A stretch of DNA of 50,311 nucleotides, filler included, from Catajapyx aquilonaris (Eukaryota), in assembly GCA_000934665.2 (NCBI GenBank). It is 3 parts of 3 records of this genome, joined end to end, with 100 filler letters (N's around TTAATTAATTAA, not from the genome) between each part and the next. Parts side by side here need not be neighbours in the genome. Positions count along the whole stretch, not along the records: positions 16,683 to 33,506 come from JYFJ02007165.1; positions 33,607 to 50,311 come from JYFJ02007166.1; 1 more part is not named here. One strand, 5' to 3'. The translations under genes and the position numbers were made by a program. Shown piece after piece: positions 24,422 through 37,427 of the stretch (position 1 is the first letter of the stretch; every line of letters begins with the position of its first letter). The notes under the pieces were generated by a model that worked only from the letters and a program-made list of their open reading frames with translations, did no database searches and was not told the origin of the DNA.

Positions 24422-24663
24422 TACGTTAAATAATACTCTACAAGTAAGTGTACAAGACATGGGAGCGAAATAACATTTCAGTTGTGTAAGTTCAGCGAAG
24501 TTTTATGCTACAGTATTATCTCGATGTACAGCATGTATACTGTATGTATACACGGCAAGTGTGGTACCGTGCTAACCTTTATCTCTGTTGTCAGCAACTT
24601 GAAGATTTGAGTTGCTCAAGAGAGTTACAATATGGTCGAAATCGATTCAGATATTGTGTCACA

Positions 24664-25092
24664 TACAGGGTTTTCCGTAATAGTAGTCTGCCGATAATGT
24701 TGCAGAATGAACTCCTGGGCACCACCGGATCACTTCATGTATAAAGGTGTCATTTATTTCCACAGCCTGAGACTGAGCCAATTAGCATGAATCAAATAAT
24801 GCATTATAAACGATCTGTGCCGCGGAAACAACCTACGACACTTCTCTCGCCTCGGCCACTGCCTGATGCACCTAGTGAGATCGCAGGATTTGCAATAATT
24901 TGCATAGCAATAACACAATCCAAATGAAAAAGGCAAGGTTGCAAAGGTCATTATATCAGCATGATAATTTGTACCTTGTGCCCAGAATATTCTCGGTTTA
25001 GAGATTGAGGAAACGACACCTCTACATACAGTAGAGTGATCCCCTTGTGTCCAGGAGTCCACCCTGTTGTTGGTAGACTATATTACGGAACG
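24664..25092. mobile_element. Degenerate MITE (TA|CAGGG start)
   Basis: ttccgtaatagtagtct...actcctgggcac..ggatcact pairs with agtgatcc..gtgtccaggagt...agactatattacggaa. Confidence 0.55.
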
Positions 25093-25631
25093 TAGACTCT
25101 CTTGACGTGTACAGTACTTTCTGATATACCGTACTGAACAAATAAGTTTTCTGATAGAGCAAGATCAGTTCCTTACGTAAGTGTTTGCCAAAAGGGGACC
25201 CCATACAAACTAATGCAATCTTTAATATTCAAACGATCATATTTCGCAATCCTTATAAGTGACTCTGATCATTTTGCAGATAGTTAATGCACCTAACTTA
25301 ACTCAGAAGCATACTCGAGATTTGCATGAATCTCATGTGAGATTGATTTAGTGACCCCCTTTCAGAGCAATGCCCCTACCTCAGACAATGTGGAAGTTAC
25401 CACCCTGCATATCTGGCAGGCATTGGAAAAAAGCTGTACTGAACAGAATAGGGAGTTTTAATATTTCCTACTGATACTGCAAAATCAGCTAGGTTTTCCC
25501 TTGGCCTTTTCAGTTGTTATTTCTCAATGCCTGAGACCTTAAGAAATGAAATAAATGCAAACGAAGTATTACATTGTTTAGGTTTGCTGATTATTCGAAA
25601 AATACATTTCAGATTCACTTTACGAAGCACA

Positions 25632-27569
25632 ATGAAGACCACGGCGTACTTCCTATTGGGCCTGATGTCCATGGCTTTTGTTATTCAGTCTACCACCTCT
25701 GCTAGGATCCTGGTGCTGTACCTGTTCGGCAGCAAGAGTCACAAAAACTTCGCCATCCCCATTGTTGAAGCACTGGCCGAGAAAGGACACGAAATTGTTT
25801 TCGTGTCTCCTTACCGAGAAAAGAAAGAGATTCCTGGTATCAAGCAAGTGATACTGGACACAGGAGTAGACAAGTTTCAAGGCCATATGCCTAACATGTT
25901 TGAATTTCGCAGTCAAAGCAATATACCCATGATCCCTTTCCTGATGTTGGACCTCCTACTGGGAATCGGTCGGACAGTCTTCACTAACCCGGAGATCCAG
26001 GCTTTGACAAAAACCCCGAATCAATTTGATCTGATCTTGTGCAATGGGTTTATAAACGAAATATCTTATGGGCTGCTACACACATTGAATGCTCCAGTCA
26101 TTCTTTTAGAAGCGGCATCTGTGACTAACTGGCAATCAGAGTCTTTCGGCAGTCTTGAACCTCTTGCGCACGTCCCTAACATATTCTTGAAACTTACCAG
26201 CAAGATGAACTTTTTTGAACGAACCCTCAATGTTGTATTCACTGGCTTTTTAAAAGTCATTAGGGACTTTTATTTCCTCCCTCACGCCCACGCCGAGATC
26301 AGCAAATATTACAAGGGCATCCCTGGACTCTTGGAGGTGGAGAGGAATTCAAGTCTTATACTCACTAATGGACATTATATTCTCCATTCTCCACGTCCTC
26401 AACTTCCTGCTGTAGTCGATGTAGGAGGCATTCACTGCGTGCCTCCAAAGCCCTTACCAAAGGTAAATCAGGCCTCACATTATACATGATAGTACACTGC
26501 CTAAGTTGATATTCCAGAAATGAGGATATTGAACAAATTAACACAGTATATTAATAAGTTAATTATAAGACTGAAAAAATTTACAAGTGTACTGTTTTTG
26601 ACTTTCTTTCAGTCTTAGTACTGTATTAGTCTAATACCATTCCTTTACCATCTACAGGACTTGGCCGAATTTGTGGCCAGCTCTGGAGATCATGGTTTCA
26701 TCTTATTTAGTTTCGGGTCCGTAGTTCAAGGGAGCACCATGCCCGATAAACTCCGAAACGCTTTCCTGGAAGTATTTTCAAAGCTGCCTCAGAAAGTGAT
26801 TTGGAAATGGGAAACTGAGACCATGGAAAGTCTCCCCCCGAATGTAAAATTGAGTAAATGGGTACCACAACAAGATTTATTAGGTGAGCAATAAATCCTC
26901 CACAGCTCCGACAAGCCATTTCAATTGATGGTGGGCCACTCATCAGTCATCACTATCGTCATTCCTCAGGTCATCCCAAGTGTCGGGCATTTATAACCCA
27001 TGGAGGCCTTCTGAGTACTCAGGAGGCTACTTACCACGGGGTACCAGTAGTCGGAATTCCATTCTATGGAGACCAGGACGCTAATTTGATTAATGCCGAA
27101 TACTCGGGATATGGAATCAAGCTGGAACTTAACACTCTCTCAAAGGAAATCATTGCAGATGCTCTCAACAAAGTATTGGGTGACAAAAGGTTATTTTTAT
27201 AGTCTGTTATTTTGTGGATGATAGTTTCTTACAAGACAGTGTTTGTTCTCATTTAATTTATTTTACAGATATCGAGATCGTGTGACAGAGATCTCGAAAA
27301 TATTTCGTGATCAACCCATTTCACCTCGTGAACGGGCAGTTTTTTGGGTGGAGTATGTGATACGGCACAAGGGAGCTCGACATCTTCGACCAAGTTCTAT
27401 GGATTTGAACTGGTTCCAAATGAATCTGTTGGACGTCTTTTTATTTCTGGCGGTTGTTGTCGGCATAATACTTTACGTGTTGATGACGTGCATGCGTTTC
27501 ACCTGCAAGAAATTGTGCGGTACACATGGAATGTCAAAACGTAATCAGAAAAAGCAGAAGAGTCAGTAA
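25632..27569 (+). CDS. UDP-glucuronosyl/glycosyltransferase (UGT, GT1 family), 525 aa
   Basis: Exons 25632-26462, 26658-26883, 26970-27189, 27269-27569 with GT-AG introns (1578 nt, in frame). Signal peptide, SKSH, [44 protein letters not shown] signature, C-terminal TM helix and a KKQKSQ di-lysine tail. Confidence 0.95.
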
Positions 27570-28369
27570 GCAATGTAACTACTCTAGTAGGTATACCGAC
27601 AATCATACTGGAGGAACACTCTTGTCCTTTTTACGATTCCAGAATGTTAGTCATGTTTTGTACACTGTGTCCATCAATAAACAGAATGTGGCCACGATGA
27701 TGTATTATAGTTTTTACTAAGCCTTTACGCAATATTCGGCTCTGAAGTAACAGCAAATTGTAAGAATTTTTAGCTTTAATAATAATTGTTGTATGCATTA
27801 CGCACAGTGATACTGTATAAATGGAATGCTAACATATTGTTTAGATGAGTTGCTGCAGAGTTTACTACGTACTCATGTAGAATTGACGCAGAGTCGTTAT
27901 AAGGACACCTTCAATAACGTGTCCTCATAATTAATCATAACTTAGTTCATTAATGAATAAGAAGTTATTATTTTGTCCTGGTTTTTCTGGTACGGGAATT
28001 CCAGATATTGGGATGCAAATATATGACCATAATTATAAAGTCTTAAAAGAAATGTTACATAATTATAAAGATACGGTACGTTTAAAACATTTAAAACATT
28101 TAAAACATTTTAAGCATCAGCTTAGGTTCACCAAGAAAAACCGTGGCTTAACAAAAGTTACTCTATTAATTTATTGCAAATCATGCGATGAAAATAAAAC
28201 GGTAAGCGTGTAGGCTCATATGACACAATTAAATTATTTATAGACATATTATTACCGTCACTTTTTATGTCGAGTAGATTCCTGGCAAGTACTGCTTAGA
28301 TTTCTGTATTTTCGTCGTCAGTCAGCCTATTTCAGTTCTAGGCAAATCTGGTGATCACTAGAGGCAACG

Positions 28370-28374
<5 letters not shown>

Positions 28375-28405
<31 letters not shown>
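28375..28405. repeat. (CT)n microsatellite
   Basis: Seen directly in the sequence. Confidence 0.9.
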
Positions 28406-28407
<2 letters not shown>

Positions 28408-29651
28408 CCCCCCCCCAAATCGAGTTATTACGTACAATTCTCAGACATCTGATATTAGATGCAAAATCTGCAATTCTTTTGTCTTCAAATACCAATATCT
28501 CCGCCGTTATATGAAACATTTGCAAACAAAAATCTAATTATATTTTTTCATCCTACAAGTCGCTAAAATTTATTGTTGAAATGATGTCACGACAAAAAGG
28601 TGAGCAGTATTTAACGCACGAAATATGGCAATAATATTCTGGCATGTAGCCTACTAGTACGTACTGTACATGTAGGTACTTGTCCAACCGGACTTGTAAA
28701 TAGTGCATTGTAATGATTGTATTTTTGTTGTGCTAGAGATGGTATTCAATAATATATTCATTACAAAACTTAATGTAGCTGGCGCCAGCAATCAGCTGAT
28801 GTTGCGTTATTTCCGTAGAGTCTACTTTTTGCCTAGCGTTGTTTTCAATGCCACCACATTCAAGGTCTGTGGAGGAAGGAGGAAGGGCGCCCATTTGTGC
28901 TCTTAGGTCTCGCCACACACGGCGTATTTGTTATCTGACAATGTGAGTGTTATCTCAATAGAATAATCACGACGAACCATATCTGGCACGTTTTGTCTAC
29001 TCATTCTACTTAGCTCACATCACGAGGTTCAGGGACGGACACTCCTATAGAGGGTCACCTGCCGGTTAGTATTATAGATATGGAGGTTTTATAGCACAAA
29101 AGCAGCAGAGGCTATACTGTGCCAAAAAATTTATATTAAATAACTACACCCTGCTGGTTAGTATAGAGTAGGCTTAATAGTGTTAGGTACCGTAGTCGGA
29201 AATACCGGCGTGGGTCGTACACAAACCCAGGTAGTACCCGGAAAAATGTCTGGTTTATTCGCTAAACAATACACAAGAATTATTCGCTTACTATAACTTA
29301 TAACTTATTTCACCTTATACTACAAGTACGGTACTACATTTTACACTACTACTGGGGCTCGTCAACTACCCCCACCTCAGGCCACACTTGCTTCCCAAGC
29401 AGACATGAAGTCCCCAGCCCTGGCAAGAAGATGCAGTAGTGTATCGCGTAATATTAATCTTACGTGAATAACTGATCAACAACTTTCTCTGAATTTACCA
29501 TAGATCATGAAACTGATCTCAAGAGTCGATCATGACTTTTTTCCATGTGTTTATTTTGCAACCAAGAAGAGATAATAAAAAGGAAGTAAAACTAATGTGG
29601 AGTCAAAATAATTAATTGCTCAAATAAACCGCAGGGTGGAGTAAGTATTAC

Positions 29652-29878
29652 TCTACTGCACGACGAATATGGAGTGGCGGCATGTAAAATTACGCTGCAT
29701 CACATCGGAAATGTCTATTCTGTGTCTATTTCTGGATGTCAGCCACTTGAGTCCACTTGTCTTCAGCCACCAAGCTCCCTTAGAGACGCCTATCTTTTTA
29801 CAAGTCAGAAGGGGCAAGTCCGATGTGATGCAGAGTAATTTTACAAGACGTCACTGTGCATGTTGGTCGTACAGTAGC
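29652..29878. mobile_element. Small MITE with ~60-bp imperfect TIRs
   Basis: ctactgcacgac...tgtaaaattacgctgcatcacatcgga / tccgatgtgatgcagagtaattttaca...gtcgtacagtag. Confidence 0.65.
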
Positions 29879-30003
29879 CTACATGCATACAGTAGCCTAC
29901 ATCAAGGGCCATACTATAGTATTCAATATGATAGGGTGCTATGATGTGTAAACTTCTTGCATCGTTATGATGTAGATTGTAGGTTTAAATAGAGGTTATT
30001 ATA

Positions 30004-30708
30004 CAGGGTGGTCGAAAAAGAATTCCCCGATTCTAAAACTATACCATATAACTCGAAAACCTGTAGACATAAATTTTAAAATGTTAAGAATAGTCTAAAC
30101 TCTAAAGTTTTGGTCTCACCTAAGTTTGTTCCGATATGAGCTCCACTTGTCGCCTGCTCGAAAAATGTAAATTATACGGTAATATGTGTCATACGACCTA
30201 ACTCAAGTCACCATTGTGATCCTATCCCATAGGTGCTGGAGATGCCAGATTTTTTCACCATACATGTATCTCCACAAAAAAATCCATCGGGGTAAGATCT
30301 GGGCTCGTGGGGAGATAGGCATTGGCAACTTCTCATTCAAGACGTTGCACACTGAGAGAATGAACAAATGAAACTTTTCTACGGCAGGAAGTTTCATGGA
30401 TTTTTATGTGCATCATCAAGAACAATGTGTGTGATGTAAAGACCCATCACCTCCAGCACCTACGCCTACGGGATGTCGGGATAGGATCGCAATAGCAACT
30501 CCAGGTATGACGAAGAGGTTTGGCTCGGGACCGAATGCCGCGAGACTTTTAGATTTGCTGAGCAACAAATGAAGCTCATAATTATCGAAACAAACCAAGC
30601 TGAGACCAAAACTTTAGACATTTCTTAGCTTAATCATTTAGATAATTATGTCTGCTAGTTTTCAAATTATAGGGTTTTAGAATCGGGCATTTTTTTCGAC
30701 CCCCCCTG
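30004..30708. mobile_element. Tc1/mariner-derived non-autonomous element with long TIRs
   Basis: TA|CAGGGTGGTCGAAAAA...cccgattctaaaac and gttttagaatcggg...tttttcgacccccctg|TA. Further internal symmetry (gatcctatccc/gggataggatc). Confidence 0.8.
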
Positions 30709-31130
30709 TACATTTTTGTCGCGTAAGTTTAAAAGTATTATGCTTAAACGTTTAAAACGACTGCTTTGTCTTTTTGCGAGTCGTATGATTCCTACATAAC
30801 GGCATTGTTTTAAATGGATAAATACCGCAGGACACAAATTCGAGGTGTGTAGGGCAGGGAATCAAGTAACAATTAAAAATTCAGCTGGTGATATAAAGTG
30901 TCACATCCGTAGATGACCTAGAAGTGTTTTGTCCAGGTTTTGTCAGAGAAACGTAGTTGGATAATATGGCATCATCCTGAGCTGATATTGGCTATTCAGT
31001 GTTAGATTTATTCACAAAATACATGTAGAGCAGTATAATATACAACTGCATCACCATTTTCACTCCTCTCAAATTCAAAGATGTACCCCGTCTATAGGAA
31101 AGCCAAGAAATTCAAAAAAATAGGCCTATA

Positions 31131-31534
31131 CAGGGTGGTCGAACTTCAAGTGTCGTTTTATAACGGCGATTAATAGCAGTGATTTTGCGATGACGTAGCA
31201 GCGACGTGTAAAATGTCCCACTTCGGCGCCATCGAAAATATTAGCTGCCAATACAGCACACATGTAATCAACCCTGCTGCTGGGTTGACCTGGAAAAAAG
31301 GAGGTGCACACATGACCTGCGATGCGTCTGGGTGAAATGGGTGACGTCCAAGGCACCAGATTGGCATTGGTGCCGTATGTGGTTGCACAGGGTTCATTAC
31401 ATGTATGCTGCTATTGGCAGCTAATATTTTCGATGGCGCCGAAGTGGGCCATTTTACACGTGGCTGGTACGATAATCGTAAAGCGCTTCTATAAATAGCC
31501 GTTATAAAACGACACTTGAAGTTGGACCACCATG
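31131..31534. mobile_element. Tc1/mariner-type MITE with ~140-bp TIRs
   Basis: cagggtggtcgaacttcaagtgtcgttttataacggc / gccgttataaaacgacacttgaagttggaccacc; also cccacttcggcgccatcgaaaatattagctgccaata and its reverse complement. Confidence 0.85.
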
Positions 31535-31678
31535 CTTTTGAGAAAATTCTGGAGAAACTGATATCAAACTGATTTTGAGAGGAATAGTTCATTCCCAATT
31601 TTTCAGGCATATTTCCAGGCAACACAATTATGCTACTAATGCATACGCATTATTTATTTTATATCTTCCAGATCGAAA

Positions 31679-33506
31679 ATGAGACTGAATATCGTCCTTG
31701 CAGTCGCCATATCCTTAGTATCGCTCTTTGAAATCGCAACATCGGCCAAAATCCTGGTTCTCTATCCTTTCGCCAGCAAGAGTCACAAAAATTTTGCTAG
31801 TCCCATAGTGCATGAATTGGCTAAGCGCGGGCATGACATTACTTTTGTCTCAGCATACAAGGAATCCAAGGCTATTCCAGGAATAAAGGAAATAATTACT
31901 AACACTAAAATTGAAGACCTGGCAGGAGTCCGTGACAATGTATTCGATCAGAGGGAGGAAGGAGGATTTATGGCAACTTTTGGCCCCATGATGAACATTA
32001 GTTATCTAGTTAAGGAAATATTCGACAGGACATTTTCGGATACAGAAATTCGAAAACTCGTGACGTCTAATAGTAAATTCGACTTAATTTTGGTGAATGG
32101 GTTTGTAAACGAGTTCATGTTCGGTTGGATTCACAAGATGCAAGCTCCCGTCATCATGCTTTTAGGGGCCAGTCCATTCCCGTGGGTCCTCGAAATGATG
32201 GAAAATCCTATATCTTCTACTCATATGGGTAGTGTCTTCTTTGGCTCCCATGACAATTGCGTACTGGCATTCCTAAAAAGAACGGCCAATGCTGGTGTGA
32301 TGTTATTAGTGACCACCCTTCGTCAATACCTGTATGTCCCAATGGTAGACAGGGTTATAGCAACAAAGTTTCCAGATCATCCTGGAGTCTTGGAAGTGGA
32401 GAGGAACATGAGCTTAGTTCTGACCAACAGTCACTTCAGCATCAATGGTCCGCGTCCATTTATGCCTTCTGTGGTAGAAGCTGGCGGAGTTCATTGCCAT
32501 CCAGCCAAGCCCTTGCCTAAGGATTTGGAGGATTTTGTGGCCGGATCAGGAGAGCATGGGTTCATCTTGTTCAGCTTCGGTTCTGTAGTGAAGGCCAGTC
32601 AAATGCCAGACAAGTACAGAAAGGTGTTCCTGGAGGTGTTCTCGAAGCTGCCACAACGGGTTCTGTGGAAGTGGGAAACTGAGAAGATGGAAGGCCTGCC
32701 CAAAAATGTCAAACTGAGCAAATGGCTACCACAACAGGATCTTCTGGGTCAGTTATGGTAGATTTAACAGTAGGCCTAATTAAGAATTTGTTATACTGTA
32801 TTGATCCGACTTAACCCTGAAACCGTGACGTGTGGTCTTTTAGGACCCCAAAGGAATTAAAATGCATTAACCCGTTGAACTTGTGTTGCGACGATGTTAG
32901 CATATCAAGTAATGTTTTTTTTTAAAACAAAAAAAATTGTGACTCTCGATGCAGGTCATCCTAAATGCCGTGCGTTCATCACTCATGGAGGCTTGCTGAG
33001 CACCCAAGAAGCCAATTACCATGGTGTTCCTCTCATCGGGATTCCGTTCTTCGGTGATCAAGATATGAATATGCGAAATGCCGAGGAAATGGGTTATGCA
33101 ATCAAACTTGAATTGTCAAATCTGACTGCAGCACTTCTTAGGGACACACTGAAGAAGGTCATCACTGATACCAAGTACTGTATATGCTTCATTTTACTCG
33201 TACAATGTGATTATTTTAAAATATCAAGAAAAAAAATTAATGCAATAAAATTTCTCTTCAGATTTAAGGAAACGGTCAGCCACCTGTCGACCATGTTTCG
33301 GGATCAACCCGATCCACCACTAAACAGATCTGTATATTGGATTGAATACGTCATCCGTCACAGAGGAGCTCCTAACCTCAAACCAAAATCGTCACAGAGC
33401 CATTGGTTACAGCATATTATAGCGGATGTTCTCGCCTTTATTTTTGTGTTTCTTGTAGTCTTCATCATTGTGTTGTTTTTTATACTTCGCCTCATTGTCA
33501 AACTAT
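31679..33506 (+). CDS. UDP-glycosyltransferase (UGT), 3' end cut by the gap
   Basis: Exons 31679-32747, 32955-33174, 33262->33506. Signal peptide, SKSH, [21 protein letters not shown]...PFFGDQ, TM helix. Confidence 0.93.
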
Positions 33507-33606
33507 NNNNNNNNNNNNNNNNNNNNNNNNNNNNNNNNNNNNNNNNNNNNTTAATTAATTAANNNNNNNNNNNNNNNNNNNNNNNNNNNNNNNNNNNNNN
33601 NNNNNN
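33507..33606. other. Artificial contig spacer
   Basis: N run around TTAATTAATTAA. Confidence 0.97.
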
Positions 33607-34139
33607 GGTAAGTGGTTGCCGTTCGAATCACCGGGAGGAGAAAGGGGGCAACACCAAAGTCTTATACTGGTTGGGCGTATACCGGCAAGGACGAACCGCA
33701 GGGGTTTACGAAGCCTGCGTGAATTATAAAATAATGCATTAACTTACCAAAATCAAGATAGTTTCAGTTTAGTTAAGTGGTTGAAGGGTGCAGGAGGACT
33801 GATGACACGAAGATCGAATGGAATTCATACGAACATGATAGAGTTATCGTATCTAAGATAAATTCAATAATATTTGATGGTTGATGGCAACAATAGTCAT
33901 AATCGAGTCACTCAATTGTTGACGCCTAAGGAGGATACCGTGGAAACTGAATTAAATATAATAACAAGTTGAATGAACGAATGTTTATTTAATAATAATG
34001 TAATGCAAATAAGGTAAAGAATATATATATTTAAGCGGTAAGGGTACGTAATCAAATAATGTGTGACTATTGTCACACATGGATTCCAGTTGCACGCATT
34101 GCTGCTCATAATGAATTATTCGTTTATAATTTTATTTCG

Positions 34140-34365
34140 GGGTTCTATTACGTCCTTGGGTTTTTTGTGTAGGGGATCGGGCACTGCAGCACGTCGGGCC
34201 GGATACGTGTTCAAAATATGAAGGCTGTACTTGCAACGGGTTTTGGGATATGCTTGACAGAAAAACGTCCTCTGAACAACAACAACAACAACAACAACAA
34301 CAAGGAAAATTTTCATTGTTGTTTTTGCACGAGGATCTTACTTATAGGGACTATCGTCCCTACAA
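34140..34365 (+). mobile_element. Possible Helentron/DINE-like element end
   Basis: (AAC)n tract followed by a terminal hairpin TAGGGAC-tatc-GTCCCTA, just before homology with 42488 begins. Confidence 0.35.
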
Positions 34366-34523
34366 TAAACTTAAACAAAAGATCAGCTTTGTAACCTAAC
34401 TGTTGAGGTAATATTTTACAAGAAATGTTCGGTAGTAAGTAGCACAATATGTTTCAAGTTTAATCAAGTGGTACACACAGACGCAGTTGTGAAATATTGT
34501 ACCGGCAATTATTTTGCAGCGTC

Positions 34524-35282
34524 ATGTCATCGTTGCGTATCAAGGAAGAGGCGACGGAAGAATGCGAGGCTAGCATCACCGCAGAGGAGTTGTGGACGTT
34601 TGGGGTGAAGGAGGAACCACTGGTGTGCGTCACTGACACAGCAGAAGAAGTCAAGGAGGAAGAGTCGTTGGTGACTGTGACAAGCGGGCCATTAAGCGAA
34701 GAGGAGGATCCATTGTCCGTCACTCACAAAGCTGCAAGCTCATCCGGACATCGGTTTTTTAAGTGTGAGAGTATGGGAAGCAGTGCGGTGGATAAGTCAT
34801 GCGCTCGGAGGAAATTAAGTAAATCATCTGGTGCGATGAGAAGGCGGCGTCGCGCACATGACGATAAGCCGTATGGTTGTAAAATATGCAAGGAGAGGTT
34901 TAGCCTACTGATTGACTTGAGAACGCATATGATTAGGCACACCGATAGCGCAACAGGCTGTCTGTTTTGCAAACAAAAATTTAAATCTGCGGCTCATTTG
35001 GAAACTCACATGAAGACGCACAGTCAAGAGGAGACGTTCGGTTGTTCCGTGTGCAAGAGAAAGTTCATCAGCTTAACCGCACTGAAAAGTCACGTAAAAA
35101 CTCACAAATGTAATTGTCAGGATTGCAGTAGTGAAGGGCGAAATTATGTGAGGGAAACGAATCAGTTTGTATGTCAGGTTTGCAACAGTCAGCTTATTTG
35201 CTCGTATCAACTGCAGAGTCACATGAAGAGCGTACATTCAAATGAATCGATGCAGAAATATGTACGCATTCAATCGAAATGA
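34524..35282 (+). CDS. C2H2 zinc-finger protein with acidic IKEE/VKEE N-terminal module, copy 1 (252 aa)
   Basis: Acceptor ttttgcag|cgtcATG; MSSLRIKEE...EDPL; four C2H2 fingers (CKIC..HMIRH, CLFC..HMKTH, CSVC..HVKTH, CQVC..HMKSVH). Confidence 0.85.
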   Translation: MSSLRIKEEATEECEASITAEELWTFGVKEEPLVCVTDTAEEVKEEESLVTVTSGPLSEEEDPLSVTHKAASSSGHRFFKCESMGSSAVDKSCARRKLSKSSGAMRRRRRAHDDKPYGCKICKERFSLLIDLRTHMIRHTDSATGCLFCKQKFKSAAHLETHMKTHSQEETFGCSVCKRKFISLTALKSHVKTHKCNCQDCSSEGRNYVRETNQFVCQVCNSQLICSYQLQSHMKSVHSNESMQKYVRIQSK

Positions 35283-37086
35283 TATGGCGTAAGATTGGCA
35301 AAGAATTATGTCGGGTGATTCTGCATCACATCTCTTTAAATGAAACGACGCAGTTAGCAGTGTGGTATTATAAAATTTTGACTGTTACGGTAATTGAATA
35401 TGCATCGACACCCTGGCATTGCAAATATCTAATCACCTGTAAATATTTTTTTTAAAGGCTAAACAGACTAATCAGGGTAGCAGCAAAATAAAATGTGTGG
35501 ACATGCGCTTAGTGTACCTTGATCGTTATGGCCGACTCTCATCGACCAATCAGATCACGAATCAGATTGCTGAACAGGACAGAGCTCCAAGATGGCGGCT
35601 CACATTCAACGCGAGTTTTACACTCTAAAGGTGCTAAATCTTTCATTCCAATTGGATTCGTATATTTTTCAAAGGACGCAAATACAGCCTAAAAATCGAT
35701 CTTGAACCTAACTCGTTGTCGCATAGTTTCTTCGCAATTTAAAACAATTAATTTGCTTACCAGTTAGAAGGAAATGTGTCGATCCAAATCCTCAGTTCAA
35801 AAGGAATGGCGACGGGAGAAAAATAAGCCGGAAAAAAATGGCAACGTTGTCCCCATTGGAGGCAGAAATGGACAGTCGAATTTATTCATCACCGAACATA
35901 TATGTGACATATGTTACTGGCCACACATAATCTTCCTGTCGTCATTTGCATCACCACAAAAACTGTCACAGCGTCGTTGCGGTGCGGTCCATTCCAATTT
36001 AGTGCATGCTACAGGTTGACTGTCGGGTCAGAGGTCACACTAGCACGATTTACATCATCATGTTTTGTACCACCTTGTCCTTGGATATCTCCATATGTCG
36101 TTAATGAACGACACGACATGGAGATGGCCAAGGACAAGGTGGTACAGTTATATGATGAGCAGTATGAAGTACTGTATACCCTGTTAGTGATGGACACAAT
36201 GCCTTGCAAATCGCTATTATAGCTGATGGGAGTATTTATCCATGTAAAATTAAAAGCGTCAGCTAAATAACAATGTACAATAATTTGAAAACGAAGAAAG
36301 TGGTTATTTTTCACCTGACTACCAAAATGACACCTGACGTACACTATACTGTATACACTTCAGGTTTCATTTTGGAGTCGCTTCTTCATAGCTGCGGCCG
36401 AAGCTTCGATGGCTACTCACATTTTATCCCACTCCGGACATCTCTGAATGAACAACTGCGCATGATGAAGGTAACTTCGTAGAATAGGAGTCGATTCTTA
36501 CCAACCTGGTGGAATATTTTCCTCAATCACGTTCCCATTTTGACGAATTTCATTGAATATTACTCGTACCAAATGGGTAAAATGGCCGTTAAACTGATGA
36601 ACAAACTGTGAGGTCATTTACATGTACACTTCTAGAGGCGGGGCATTGTTACACATTATGTAGATCTCAATGATTTAAACTCTATCTTGAAAGCATTAAT
36701 TTATTATCAGACATATAATAACAGTTATTTGCGTATAGTCCAAGCCCAATTTGACTTGCTCAAAATTTATTGCGTCACAAATTAGCAATCAAGCAAGAAA
36801 TTGGAGCAATTGTTATTTGAGAATTATTTCAATGAAGGATTTTTCAACCTGAACAAAATGTTACGTCACATTGCAGAGTAAAAAAGCGAATGATTCGACA
36901 TGTAACACTCGATTTAGGCTCTACGCAATGAAAATATGGTGAAGGTGAAAATGGAAATAACTGATTTTTGTTGAAGCCGGTAAATTATATTAACGTAAGG
37001 TATCCTTTATGCAGGCATCTCTGAAGACTTGCCATTTTGCCACCACATGAAACTGTTTTCCATTTCTGGAGTTCACAACACTTGTT

Positions 37087-37427
37087 TTTTTTTTTAATAA
37101 TTGGGTATGGGCGTACCCCTATTGGGGTTTTGCCTGGACCTTTATTATTAATCATCATCAGTACAGCTGGATCCTATTTATCACGCCCGGGCCCACGGGC
37201 AGGAAGGGATGACAGGAGGGGATGTGCAAGTGCAGTGCCTTGTCCGCATGTGGCCGTTTTGTGAGCTCCCCCGGGTGGTTTAGTCTGTAGGAAATACCAC
37301 ACGAGACGAAGTCAGAGACGACACTTTACTCTGCACGAGATGAAGGGGGTGTCCCCGGGCCGGGATCGAACCCGGGACCTTAACATCCGTGGGCGCGAAC
37401 GTTACCGTTGCGCCACTTCGCCTCCCC
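37087..37427 (-). mobile_element. tRNA-derived SINE, family B, full length
   Basis: Head ggggaggcgaagTGGCGCAACGG...GGTTCGATCCC, poly(A) tail, and 15-bp TSD ttcacaacacttgtt at 37072-37086 and 37428-37442. Confidence 0.93.

Noticed and set aside
25527..25631. Upstream ATG extending the UGT ORF
   Set aside because: It lies before a splice acceptor (atttcag at ~25611). The signal peptide begins at M25632.
29181..29386. Possible solo LTR (TG...CA with AATAAA on the minus strand)
   Set aside because: No target-site duplication and no second copy in the window.
16583..33606. TTAATTAATTAA motifs, and linkage between the three segments
   Set aside because: Artificial spacers; no biological adjacency can be inferred across them.
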